This document shows positions 25,950-40,015 of a stretch of 64,000 bases of DNA, one piece after another (the first letter of the stretch is position 1; each line of letters starts with the position of its first letter). This DNA comes from Octopus sinensis. Taxonomy: Eukaryota. Below the pieces are notes generated by a model that was not told the DNA's origin, did not search any database, and saw nothing but the letters and a program-made list of their open reading frames with translations. The position numbers and the translations under genes were made by a program. The DNA is taken from contig NC_042997.1 in NCBI RefSeq assembly GCF_006345805.1, forward strand, positions 128,092,001-128,156,000. Reading direction: 5' to 3'.

Positions 25950-26406
25950 CATTTTCTTCATCTCTTTGCTTTTCCTCACACCCTCCTCTCTTTTCCCTCC
26001 CCCTCTCTCTCTCTCTCCCTCCCACCTTCTCTCATTTAGATGAACATAAAGACACTCTTTCACAAATTCTCACATGCAAACACATTCACAATTACACACA
26101 CACACACACTAACACGCACAGTATATTTGCTCTCTCGCCTGTACACTTTCCCCCATAAACATGCACACGTTCTGTCTCTCTCTCTTTCTCTCTCTCACAC
26201 ACACTTTATTTCTCTTTCTTACCCCCCTCTCTCTCTCGTATGTCCCTTGCCGTCACACACAATCTCCCCTTTTTCATATGTAATTTTCTAATCTCTTGCT
26301 GACATTTTTTTATGAACACCTGATTTCTCATTTCTACTATTAATCCCCCCTCTCTCTCTCTCTCTCTCTCTCTCCAACTCCATCTCCCTCTCTCTATCTA
26401 TCTATC

Positions 26407-26477
<71 letters not shown>

Positions 26478-26787
26478 CTCCCCTCTTTCTCTATATTTCT
26501 TTCACACAAGCAAATTCCTTGCTTCCTTCTATCACACATACACACACATACTCATTCACTCATTTTCTCTTTTAGTATCTATTTTTCTCTTTCACACATA
26601 CACGCATACACACATACACACACACACACATACACACACACTCACTCATTCATTATCTCTTTCTCTGCTCTCTTTCCTTCACACACGCAGTCTCTTTATT
26701 TCTTTCAATACGTCTTTCTCCTCTCTTCCTGCCCGCCCCCTCTCAGTGTCATTCTTGTCTCTCATACACATACTTTCATTCTCTCTC

Positions 26788-26850
<63 letters not shown>

Positions 26851-27040
26851 ATATATATATATATATCATACACATAATCACTCTTCCTCTCTCTTTCTCC
26901 AATCCAATATTACTGTCGTTTCATAGCTTTCTCATTTCCATTCCTTCCTCTCTTTCTCTCTTGATAATTCTCTTTCTTTCTTTCTCTTGATTTCTTTTTT
27001 TCAGTGTCTGTCTTTCTTTCTCCCATCTCGTTCAATATAT

Positions 27041-27107
<67 letters not shown>

Positions 27108-27250
27108 TATCTTTCCGTCTCTATCGCTACCCTAATCTTTCCCGTGCAAAGACATACAAACACACAAAAACAGACACAAAACACGCGCAAACAAACACAT
27201 ACACACACACACACACACACGCACACACAAACAAACAGCCGAACATACAC
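25950..27250. repeat. Cluster of (CT)n, (CA)n, (CTAT)n, (TA)n microsatellites
   Basis: Directly visible. Confidence 0.95.
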
Positions 27251-28139
27251 GCACAAACACACACAATTTTGCACGACAGTGACTTAATGAATAGCATTTG
27301 ATTGGGATATAAAAGCAAATCTATAATTATGTCATTGTTGGAACTATGAGAAGAGTAAATGAAGACGAGGTTGTGTTGCCACGTGATATTTATCGTCATC
27401 ATTAAAACACACGTTAGGTGTGACATAACAGCTTGCTATGATTCTATCAGATATCCTTTATCTGTGCAATAATATGTTATGGATTTAGACAATATATAGC
27501 CGTAGTTGTATAAACTATTGCTGAAACCGTTAGTTAAGTGGGTACTGACATGCTTAATGAGCATACACACACACATACACACATGCACACACACACGCAC
27601 ACACACGTCGCAGCAATTCACATCACATTACACAACAAACATATTAACTATATGTTATTCATGCAGAATGAATCCCCGAGAATTATTCCTATCTCATTAT
27701 AGCAGAAAATGCGCAGCAGTAACAGCTGGTCTTGCTATTGTCTTTGTTTTTGTAGCTACTGTTGCAGTTGGTATTGTTGTTGTTGTTGCTGTTGAGGATG
27801 TTATTGTTGTTGCTATTATTATTATTATTTTGTCATCAACGGCAATGGTGATGACGTCCATGTTGTTCTTTCTCCCCAGGGTACTCCAGATCCAATCCTG
27901 ACCAAAGGTATTCCAACTGTAACCACATCTGGTCTTTTAAGTAGGAACGTTTAATACGTTGCCCAGTTAAACACCTCCTCATGTCCTGTTACGAGATAAT
28001 ATTTGACACGAACAGCAGAATGGCGGGACATGTTTTTTTCTTTCCTTCTTGTATAACGGTGACGTTTGTTTACAAGCAGCACCCAAGGTCAAGAGAAAGA
28101 GACACGAACACACACAAACGTGTAGCTGTATATCAATCA

Positions 28140-28640
28140 TGCAGAAGCCACAAAGAGTGGCAGCATAGGAGACTAGCAAAATCCTCTGGGATTTCCCAAT
28201 CCGAACCGATCAGGTGCTAGAGTATAACCGGACCTGGTGGTGGTCGACAAGATGCACTACATGTGCTATATAGTTGATGTTGCATGCTCCTTTGACCTAC
28301 GAACAGTCAAGAAGGAAAACCAAACGATAGATAAATACAACACTCTTAAGTACGAAATAGGCCGACTATGGAAAAAAAAGAAGGTGAAGATAGTGCCAAT
28401 TATTGTTTGGTCCTTGGGAACAGTATTAGAAGGCATCAAGGGGAATATAAAGGAAATTGGAATGGAGTGCCCAGTAGAACTTTTACAAAAGGTCTGCCTC
28501 TTTAGCACGGCCAGAATAATCAGGTAAGTATTAGATAGCTGAAAATAACGGATAGCATGGGCTGCAGGTAGCAAGCTCGCTGCGCATTCAAGATTCCAGG
28601 AGCTCCAACGAAACCTGTGATAAAAAGAAATAATAATAAT
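28140..28640 (+). mobile_element. R4/Dong-like LINE 3' end (RLE endonuclease domain plus 3' UTR)
   Basis: KILWDFPIRTDQ...PDLVVVDK..CYIVDVAC...KY..LKYEIGRLW...VPIIV.SLG...LLQKVCL..TARIIR is a PD-(D/E)xK RLE signature; ends at (AAT)n. Confidence 0.88.
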
Positions 28641-28899
28641 GTTAATAATGGTCGTTCCAGTCGATTTCGACATTTAAAGTTTTTAAAAAGAAAGTGCGAA
28701 AAAGAGAAAACAGCTTTTAAAAGGAAAAAAACCAAAGAAGCTGCATGTATTTGCGATGGATGCGTAAATATAATTTGAGTCCATGTATGGATTTTGTTAT
28801 GTAGTCACAATGGGGACATTGATGATTTTAATTTTGACTAGGATTGAGCAAATGTGTCTGTTGATTGTAGGATATAATTCTTTTATTGTTGTTCTTCCT

Positions 28900-29700
28900 C
28901 AACACAAATTGTTGTTTGATGCATCGTGAGACATTTTACACAATGCAGATCGATCTAGGCAATGAATTTCCCAAGATGTCAAGTTAAGCTGTAGAAATTT
29001 TGGGGATTGCTTCAGCGTATCCTTAAACCTAAGGATAGGTCTTTGCTGCGATATCCCTCCACTTGTTGGCCATACAAAAGAAGTTGGGGAATGCAGTCAT
29101 TTTTCATTCGAGCAACATGTCCTACTCCTTCGCATTAAATTCTCAGCAGTATGCTTTGGATAACGAAGTTGTCACATTTTCCTAAGATTTTGACATTTGA
29201 CATCTTATCTTGCCATTTTATGTTGCAGATATTGCGTAAACGGCACATGCGAAAGGATTCAAGTTTCTTTATATGTCTGTCGTAGGGAGTTCATGCTTCT
29301 GCCTCATACAAAGGTCTGCTCAAAATAAAGATTTGTACACACTTATTTTAGATTTTCTGGTTTTCAGACTGACACTGTATTCATCCCACAAACGATGAGA
29401 AAGTTTTCCAAAAGCACTTGTAGCCTTATATATTCTAACATTGATTTTGTTACCAAGTTTACTATACTTCCAAAATATGTAAATGACTCGAACCATTTGA
29501 GTAGCCTGCTGTCTATCATCACGTCTGAATCTTGAGTATGTTCTGCCCCAGTTCTTGGCTGGAATAAAACTTCAGTCTTCATAATGCTAACAGTCCAAAT
29601 GCAATTCTCTCAAGCTTTGAGAATTAGCAGCCGTTCCAATTCCAAGAATTCCAAGAGTTTTTCATCTCATGCATTTTTTCTGTGTAGTTAAGGTATTTGT
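28900..29700 (-). mobile_element. RTE-clade LINE RT C-terminal fragment
   Basis: KTEVLFQP...FTYFGS...RMKNDCIPQLLLYG...LRFKDTLKQ...SWE..CLDRS, typical RTE motifs; disrupted. Confidence 0.8.
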
Positions 29701-29989
29701 TAAACTATATGTAAAGAGATCATTAATATCTAGTATATATCCGAGTATAATGTCTCTTCTTTAGAAAATCCAGAAACGACAAAACATTTTAAGTGCATTT
29801 AAACTTAGAGCTTGCGAAAACAGAGGAAAGCAATGACCATGAAGTGACAGCATCAAATCATCTGCTGAAGAAACTCTATGATTCGTGAAATGCAAGCACT
29901 AAGATTGGTTTAATGAGAATGATTCTCAAATTAAACCTCTCCTAGAAACTATGCACAAGAGTCACAAACTCACCAATACTCAGATCCCT

Positions 29990-30240
29990 ATACAGCTTCT
30001 CTGGAAATAAGAATAAGCCAAAATATAGACAAATGGCTGAAGAAAATTGAAATAGAATGCTTGGTAGAACTGCAAGAGAAAGTTTGTCTCTTAGGGACAG
30101 CAACGATTATCAGGAGGGTTCTAAGCACTTGAAAGATTGTTGGAAACTTATGGTTACCTAAGATTGCAGGTAGTAACCCGCTATCCACATAATTCCTCCC
30201 AGGAATAAGACTGAACCCGAACCAAACCAAAATAAAAATG
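29990..30240 (+). mobile_element. R4/Dong-like LINE extreme 3' end
   Basis: KNIDKWLKKIEIECLVELQEKVCLLGTATIIRRVLST* plus a 3' UTR resembling that of the 28140 copy; runs into (AAT)n(GAT)n. Confidence 0.75.
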
Positions 30241-30279
30241 ATAATAATAATAATGATGATGATGATGATGATCCTTTCT

Positions 30280-30475
30280 ACTAAAGGCACAAGGCCTGAA
30301 ATTTGTGGGGAGGGGACCAGTCGATAACACCGACCCAAGTGTTTCATTGGTACTTAATTTATCGGTCCCGAAAGGATGAAAAGCAAAGTCGACCTCGACA
30401 GAATATGATGTCAGAACGTAGTGGCAGACGAAATACCGCTAAGCATTTCACCCGGCATGCTAACGATTCTGCCAA
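30280..30475 (-). mobile_element. SINE family B-like copy
   Basis: gaaaggatgaaaagcaaagtcgacctcg...gaaataccgctaagcatt...gctaacgattctgcca. Confidence 0.8.
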
Positions 30476-30589
30476 TACTACTACTACTGAGGGGCTTCCT
30501 TGCCCGGATTGGCCTCACCAGCCACCTCCGGTCTCATAGCAGCAATTCCACCAAATGATGTCAATGGTCATCTTCGAACCCAAAGGACG

Positions 30590-31298
<709 letters not shown>

Positions 31299-31329
31299 TA
31301 ATAATTTTAAAAATAGTAATTCTTTGTGC

Positions 31330-31452
31330 TATAGACTCAAAGCCTGGATTTTTGTGGGGAGGAGGACAATCGATCACATCGACTCCAATACTTGACTGGT
31401 ACATGATTTATCGATCCTGAAAGGATGAAAGGCAAAGTCGACCTCGGTGGAA
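31330..31452 (-). mobile_element. SINE family B fragment
   Basis: tatcgatcctgaaaggatgaaaggcaaagtcgacctcggtggaa core. Confidence 0.7.
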
Positions 31453-33755
31453 CGGACGAAATGGCCTGATGCAGTATCAGGCAGTGGCACTCGTGACTTT
31501 TGATCTTAACTGATTGGAAGTGTTACCATGTACATTATTTTGTCTTGGTATAAAAGATGGGCTACAGCAAATATTCGGCTCAATACCACAGATTTGTTTT
31601 TCAGTTGCTTAGCCTTAACCACGTAAGCATGTCCCTTAGTCGCTGGCAATATGTCCAACTCTGGTCATGAGCAAGAGTAGTGGGGGAGCATCATAACCAT
31701 GTGCTGAGAGGAATTCTTTGGAGTTTGGATAACTCACCTCTTGAAACATGGGCATTCTATACATCATCCTTAAACAAACGTTTTTCATGGACCTTTTGAG
31801 CGGGATGAGTTAATCAACGAAAATTCTAAATGGGCCCCACCTGCAAGATCATGCGCTGTTTATCTTGATATAAGGTTACCATGTCGCGCGCATATGGTTG
31901 AGATGCATGTGCCTGGTGTTCCATTATCAGACGGGTAGTTATGATGGGTATATTAGACTTCGTATATTTGTACCCCATTGTCACTTTGATAGCATGCATT
32001 GCTCTCTCACTCAATAATAATAGTAATGATGATGATGATGATGATGATGATGATTCCTTTTTTTTACCACTAGAGTCCAAGACATTGAGGACAATATCAA
32101 AAGACGAAATACAACACACAAACGGAGTAGGGTCTCCATTGATCAAAGGGAGACACTACGACTACAATGATATAAAAATAGAATTTAGGAAAAAAATTAA
32201 TAAATAGAATCCCCATAGGGGAGTACTCTCCCGACTGTAATTCGGGGAAAACCCCACCCAGAAAGTCCAGGATTATTCTGCTATCTCCAAGGCATGGGAA
32301 ATACCATCTTACCGTTTCTTTCGTCCGACTTAAAAAAGCTTGCAACAGAGTAGTTCCATTCATCCTCAAAAGTCCTGCCACTCTTTTATTTGGTCTTCAG
32401 TGTGACATAAAGTCAAGAAGAATGATCAGACCATTGTCATGAACAGACTAATATTTCAGGCGATACTGGTTAGATTTGAACTCGGATATGAGTTTTCCTA
32501 GACACTACCAACGAATGTAAGGGTTTTGGTTGCATGATGTCCGTATAGTAAACGATATTTCTTTGATATATACAGACTGTGTTTTTGTATTGTTGAAAGA
32601 ATCGAAATTGCACTGTATGTACCTAGGTTGCGATATGGATGACATCTGTATGCGGAAGATTCGGGAGGTGCGAAGATACGTCGGGCAATGGAGTCCCAGA
32701 CATACAGATGTAGGAAGGGCAGTCATGGTTGCAATGCCTTTGTTTTTTAGGTCTTGCTGTATCAGAACCAACTAGGGACTAAACAACAATAACCATACTC
32801 TCCTATAATCAGAATATTTATCTATGTCAGTTCTGTGCGGCGATAAAGAATATAAGAAGCTGCACTGGTAGACTTTTACTAATATTGCGGAACAATAATT
32901 TCTTATATTTGCATAAATCTATAACAGAAAGACACAGTCGATAAAATCGATCTCTGTAAATAATTGGTACTTATCTTAATTAATAGGGAAGTTAGGTAAG
33001 TAAATTTGCCAGAGAGTGTAAAGTCTAACACTTCGGGCATTGCCTTTCCTATGAGAGTGAAGACAAGAGAGAGAAAAGTGTGATGTTTTCGCTTGTAATC
33101 GAGGCGGGTATCGATCGTGAAGGAATAGAAAACAAAGTCGGCAGAATATAAAGAGCCGTAGCAAAACACCGCAGCACACTTTGTTTGGCGTTCTACAGAG
33201 TCTGTCATCATCCACCCTTAGTGCTGTGCTTAATAATAGAATATTAATTGAAAGATATTTCTCATACACAATGTAAGATTATGTAGTATTTTTACTTTGG
33301 AAATCTAGCACAAACTATAAGAGATTAAACTCCAGCATCTTGTTTTATCATAATAATATATATTACTAGTACATTGATAATGGCTCTGTGAATGCTACAA
33401 CACAATATGGAATATATCTATAGATTTTAGCCTACATGGTATGTAGTAGTCAGTTGTAAATATCATAGCTTAATATACTTAATTAATAAGGGTGAGAGAA
33501 TTAGATACTAATTTAATAGTATATCTATTCAACACCAAGTGGCCCAGTGCCTCGAGAAACCTGGATTATTATAATATTTTATAATATATTATAATATTTT
33601 ATACAAAAATAAATATAAGAGAATGGTCACTATGTGGCTCATTCTAGCACTTGTAAATCCAAAAGGTTTCAACCACAAAAATACATGTTTCCCATGAAAG
33701 TCAGTACGATTGTTAGCTCACACGAACAGGGCAAATAAAAAATAACAAAAATACA

Positions 33756-33846
33756 GATTATTTTGGGACAATTGTTTCGCTATTAATGAATTAAATGTAA
33801 TTTTACTTACAAAAAACCCACTTGTAGCTCCTCAGCCCAAACTATC
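33756..33846 (-). ncRNA. Minimal type I hammerhead ribozyme (candidate), inverted copy
   Basis: Same core on the minus strand (CUGAGGA 33835-33829, GAAACAAUUGUC 33778-33767); one G.A mismatch in stem I. Confidence 0.65.
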
Positions 33847-34090
33847 TGGATGAAATCCACTCAATCACACGCCAGATACTATTAAATTAGTATCTAATTC
33901 TCTCACCCTTATTAATTAATTATAATTATGCTACATTTATTTCTAAATGTAGTATTTGTTTCCGTGAAAGTTTGGCGCGCTGTTGGTAGGGGCATTTGAA
34001 TTATAACGTCGGATGTAATCAATTGAACCACACGTGTATTTATCGTTATGGTAAAATCTGGCGTGTGATTGAGTGGATTTCATCCAGATA

Positions 34091-34176
34091 GTTTTGGCTG
34101 AGGAGCTACAAGTGGGTTTTTTGTAAGTAAAATTACATTTAATTCATTAATAGCGAAACAATTGTCCCAAATAATC
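34091..34176 (+). ncRNA. Minimal type I hammerhead ribozyme (candidate)
   Basis: ttttgg-CUGAGGA(34098-34104)-GCUA...UAGC(stem II)-GAAA(34155-34158)-C-AAUU-G-UC(34166)-ccaaa. All core nucleotides present; stem I pairs uuugg with ccaaa. Confidence 0.75.
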
Positions 34177-34795
34177 TGTATTTTTGTTATTTTTTATTTG
34201 CCCTGTTCGTGTGAGCTAACAATCGTACTGACTTTCATGGGAAACATGTATTTTTGTGGTTGAAACCTTTTGGATTTACTAGTGCTAGAATGAGCCACAT
34301 AGTGACCATTCTCTTATATTTATTTTTATATAGCTTAATATACAATATTTTTCACGGACAGGAAGCCATATGAAATTCCTGCAAAGGGTTGAAATTAGTC
34401 TGTCTGGTCCTTTTTTTTTCTGTGGAGATACTGTAAACGAGTGACGGCAGGTATGTGTTAGCCACCTTCATGCATAACAGGTGTAAATATCTTTTTATCG
34501 ACTCAAGGCAAGTCTTAAAGAATGAGGGCACATTATTGATGAGGAGGTGAAAGCGACGAAAGGACTTTGATAAACAAACAACCGATTGATTTTTTTGACC
34601 AACACATTAAACAAACGATCGATTAATTAATTGGTTTCATATTTAACCAATTAACTAACAATGGAAAGTTGATATTGAACCAGTGTATGTGTTTATTATC
34701 ATTGGCGCGATGGCCCTCCCAAGACATACGATTCCTTTCAACTCACGAATTCACATCAAGAATCTTGCAAACCAAATGCAAAAGCAAAGTGTGTG

Positions 34796-34841
<46 letters not shown>

Positions 34842-34843
<2 letters not shown>

Positions 34844-35043
34844 TCTTTTACTTGTTTCAGTCATTTGACTGCGGCCATGCTGGAGCACTGCCTTGAGTCG
34901 AGCAAATCGACCCCAGGACTTATTCTTTGTAAGACTAGTACTTATTCTATAGGGCTCTTTTGCCGAACCGCTAAATTACGGGGACATGAACACACCAGCA
35001 TCGGTTGTCAAGTGATGTTGGGAGGACAAACACAGACACACAA

Positions 35044-35082
<39 letters not shown>

Positions 35083-35210
35083 TTTATTTATTTATATATA
35101 CACGACAGGCTTCTTTCAGTTTCCGTCTACCAAATCCACTCACAAGGCTTTGGTCGGCCCGAGGCTATAGTAGAAGATACCTGCCCAAAGTGCCACGCAG
35201 TAGGACTGAA
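34842..35210 (-). mobile_element. SINE family A, head truncated
   Basis: Reverse complement of family A. Confidence 0.9.
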
Positions 35211-35249
35211 ATATATATATATATATATATATCTATATATATATATATA

Positions 35250-35450
35250 TAGGGAGAGTTTACGAAAAAAAACAAAAGACGAAGACAGGTGATGTACAAA
35301 ACAAACAGATGTATTAGTATAACGCTCAGGAACAGAAAAAGTATTTTACGTTTCGAGCCTACGCTCTTCTACAGAAAGGGACACAGAAAAACAAGGAGAG
35401 AAACAAGGGGAGTAAAAAATTGGTGTTGTAACTAACGATCTATCATATAT
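35250..35450 (-). mobile_element. Solo Neptune-type pLTR, family B, with variant hammerhead-like motif at 35341-35380
   Basis: Minus strand cttt-CTGTAGAA-GAGC-GTAG-GCTC-GAAACGTA-aaa; homologous to 10440-10575 and 52290-52460; (TA)n on both sides. Confidence 0.7.
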
Positions 35451-35471
35451 ATAATATATATATATATATAT

Positions 35472-35502
<31 letters not shown>

Positions 35503-35582
35503 GATATATATATATATATTATATATATTATATATATATATATTATATATATATATATTATATATATATATAATATATATAT

Positions 35583-35668
<86 letters not shown>

Positions 35669-35685
35669 CAGAGACAGAGAGAGAC

Positions 35686-35720
<35 letters not shown>

Positions 35721-35760
35721 TAGATGTCGATATAGATACGCACGCACACACACACACACA
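35450..35760. repeat. (TA)n/(GA)n/(GACA)n/(CA)n microsatellites
   Basis: Directly visible. Confidence 0.95.
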
Positions 35761-36245
35761 CATGCACACGCGCCTGCACATTGTAGTACACTATATCGCA
35801 TCATATTTTTACATGCAGCACCATCGTTTATCATCTTTTGTTCTGGTATACTGTCCAACTGTTTCCCAAGTTGAACACTGAAAATATTTAACGAAAGCAG
35901 TTAAAGTATTCAACCGTAGTTTGAAATATAATTACTTATATATATTGTTTGCTGCAGGTCTAACTAACTATTTCAATTTAACTTCAATAATTTGTTCATT
36001 TTGATAAAACCTTGTTAATTATAAAACTAAATTGCCTTGTTAAATAAACATGAACGTTTCTCACTTGATCGGTGAAATACCAGAAGGAATATATTTATCA
36101 CACAAGCATCTTTTAATTGTTGCTGGTGCTCTTCTTGCTCGTGAGGTTTTCTAGTTAGTCTGCCAATGGCTGTCACTAATATGCATGAGGCTAAATACAT
36201 AACATTTGCAATATTTGTCTGCCATGCAACAGCAGCAACGACAAC

Positions 36246-36295
<50 letters not shown>

Positions 36296-36819
36296 GAGTA
36301 GGAGTAGGAGTAGTAGGAGTAGTAGTAGTAGTAGTAGTAGCCCCAGTCATTACCGCACCATCATATTAATCGTATCTACAATTACATTATCTAGTGTGTC
36401 CTCGTTTTAAGATGGTGGCGTTGTTTGACAGAGATTTGGCAGCTATTTCTAGCAGATCGTGAGACAGTCGCAGAGGTTCCTTCGTTTGGATACTACTGGA
36501 ATACAACTGCTTGACATAAAGGTTCGTTAGTTCAATCTCTGGTTCAACTTAGTTTCAGCCAGAGATGTGGCCATGCTGGGGCGCCGCTATTAGTGTTAAT
36601 GCTTATCTCAGGCTCATTTCTTGGTTCTCTCTTCATTTATTGATTCTGGTGAAGTAGTGAGTCAGACAAAGTTGCTCTTCGCGTTTCTTGATGTGATGCG
36701 GTTTCATCTGGTATTTCAGATGAAAATTCATCTTAGTACACATCTTTGAGCACATCCACACCTGTGTCATATCTTTAAACACATCCACACCTATGTCACG
36801 TAGATTTGACCGTGACAGT

Positions 36820-37640
<821 letters not shown>

Positions 37641-38199
37641 GCCACTATGGCTTCTGTCTAATGACTGGAACACAGAAAAGAAAAGAAAAAACAAGACACA
37701 CACTCACACACATACATATATTTATTTATAGATGCACGTGCAGACATATAGACGTGTGTGTATCTGTTTCTACTGTGTATGCATATGATCATGCACTTAA
37801 AACAACGGGAAGCGGTATGAAGATTAGTCAGTGTGTAACTACGAAGAACACATCAGAGATGACTGCCTTCAGTTAGGTGTAGGCGGCCATTTGCAAATGA
37901 CATTCAGTCGGTAAAACAAATATTTCACTGGAAGAAAAAAAGAGTGAGTAAATCTATACGACGATAATTCTTCTGCTTTTCTTTTAACTAAGACGATTGA
38001 AGAACAAATAAAGAAGACCAACAAAGAACAGTAGTAGCAACAACAGCAACAACAACGAGTCCTATTAAAAACTATGTGGTTTATATAGAGTTCATCATTT
38101 TGTCAACTTGAAGAGTTCAAAAGAAGCAATGGTCGAATATTCTTAGTAAATGCATTCAATCGTTATAATTTATAGGAATGGAGAAGACATTTTTTTCCA

Positions 38200-38257
38200 T
38201 AAGAAAATATTAATAATGATGATGCTGACGACGACGACGATAATAATAGTAGTAGGA

Positions 38258-38293
<36 letters not shown>

Positions 38294-38304
38294 TAATAAT
38301 AATA

Positions 38305-38354
<50 letters not shown>

Positions 38355-38417
38355 AACAACAGCAACAGCAGCAGCAACAACAACAACAGCAAGAAGAAGA
38401 AGAAGAAGAAGAAGAAC

Positions 38418-38469
<52 letters not shown>

Positions 38470-39245
38470 TAATAATAATAATAATAATAATGATGATGAT
38501 GATGACGACGGCAACAACAACAGCAATAATAATAATAAATGGTGATAAGTGAAATTTTTAGTTTTTTAATGATCGATTTTTTTCTCTCTATTCATTTCTG
38601 TTCGAAGTTAGTTGATTGAAATCGATAGCATTACCATCATGTGTCACGCTGCCAGTTTGTACCGTCGTCACTATAACAGCCAAGCAGCCAAGCAGCCAAG
38701 CAGTCACCACTTAACACTCGCCATATATATCCATCCACCAGACAGGATTAGTGAGTGACCGGGTAGAGGAGGTTGCCGGTGAGCGGAGAAGACGACTGTA
38801 GAAGATATAAGGATAAGTCTGCTGGTTTAGGAGGAGGAGGAGGAGGAGGAGGAGGAGGAGAGAAGAAGAAGAAGAAGAAGAAGAAGAAGAAGAAGAAGAA
38901 AAAAGTAGGAGACAGACTGGTAATGATGCAATGCATAAATTGTACGAATGATAGCTTGTAGTAGTAGTAGTAGTAGTAGTACTGGTGGTTGTGGTGGTGG
39001 TGGTGGTGGTGGTGGTGGTGGTGGTGGTAGTAGTAGTAGAAGTAAGAGCAGTAGTAGCGGCAGCAGCAGCAGCGGTGGTGGTGATGGTGGTGGCGGCGGT
39101 GGCGGCGGCGGCGGTGGCAGCGACGATGGCGGCGACGGCGGTAATGAAAATGATAATCTATATATGTTTCTAAAACGATGAGGTTGAAAGGTGGTTGGTG
39201 TGATGATCATGGCAATGATGATGATGATGATGATGACGATGATGA
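38200..39245. repeat. Large compound trinucleotide arrays (AAT, GAT, CAA/CAG, GAA, GGA, GTA, GGT, GGC)
   Basis: Directly visible; source of the homopolymer ORFs. Confidence 0.95.
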
Positions 39246-39389
39246 CAAACACTACGATGTTGGTAACGATAGGTGGAATACTGCCCGTTACTTAGAATCT
39301 GAGCAATATATTTGGAATATTTTACGTATTCTTATTTGTGTATATTTGTGGTGTAAGTAACAGCAAACATTTAGGGATGGCATGTGATG

Positions 39390-39435
39390 CTACGTGATTG
39401 GACCTTTTGCTTGGCAATTTTCGGCCAATCAGAGC
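39390..39435. promoter_or_regulatory. Possible NF-Y-type promoter element: two CCAAT boxes in opposite orientation
   Basis: ATTGG at 39397-39401 (tgattggacc) and CCAAT at 39425-39429 (ggccaatcag), both in good NF-Y context; motif match only. Confidence 0.3.
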
Positions 39436-39604
39436 ATTTCCTTTTAGCACCCATCGCTGATACAGACAGACAACTGGAACCGTGGTTTCTTGCTGATACG
39501 AAGAGCGTATCCAAACGCACGCACGCACACACGCACACGCGTACGCACCCACACATTCACGAAAACAATGAATACTTTTTATACTTTGAGACAGCGGAAT
39601 CGTT

Positions 39605-40015
39605 CGAGCTGGCAGAAACGTTAGCACGCCGGGCGAAATGCTTAGCGGTATTTCGTCTGCCGTTACGTTATGAGTTCAAATTCCGCCGAGGTCGACTTTG
39701 CCTTTTATCCTTTCGGGGTCGATAAATCAAGTACCAGTTACGCACTGGAGTCGATGTAATTGACTTAATCCATTTGTCTGTCCTTGTTTGTCCCCTCTAT
39801 GTTTAGCTCCTTGTGGGTAGTAAAGAAATAGGTATTTCGTCTGCCGCTACGTTCTGAGTTCAAATTCTGCCGAGGTCGATTTTGCCTTTCATCCTTTCGG
39901 GATCGATTAAATAAGTACCAGTTACGCACTGGGGTCGATGTAATCGACTTAATCCGTTTGTCTGTCTTTGTTTGTCCCCTCTATGTTTAGCCCCTTGTGG
40001 ACAATAAAGAAATAA
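39605..40015 (+). mobile_element. SINE family B tandem: full copy plus headless second copy
   Basis: The first copy ends aaagaaatagg (about 39831); sequence restarts at the internal ggtatttcgtctgcc and runs to a second aaagaaataag. Confidence 0.9.

Larger units (their letters stand above)
33479..34329. mobile_element. Non-coding composite pLTR-like insertion (family A) with long inverted arms and 14-bp TSD
   Basis: Arms 33605-33877 and 34056-34327 are reverse complements with about 3 differences; TSD atagcttaatatac at 33465-33478 and 34330-34343. Confidence 0.85.

Noticed and set aside
31460-32015. Segment that looks like a dispersed repeat ending in (AAT)n
   Set aside because: Single copy in this window and no coding or promoter motif; needs a genome search.
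32200-32800. ORFs 32505-32771 and 32530-32775 as RT-like or host exons
   Set aside because: MDDI- and GIAT-like words lack the surrounding conserved motifs in the right order.
38200-39245. CRISPR-like or coding polyamino-acid arrays
   Set aside because: No repeat-spacer structure; simple triplet runs in eukaryotic DNA with no non-repeat coding context.
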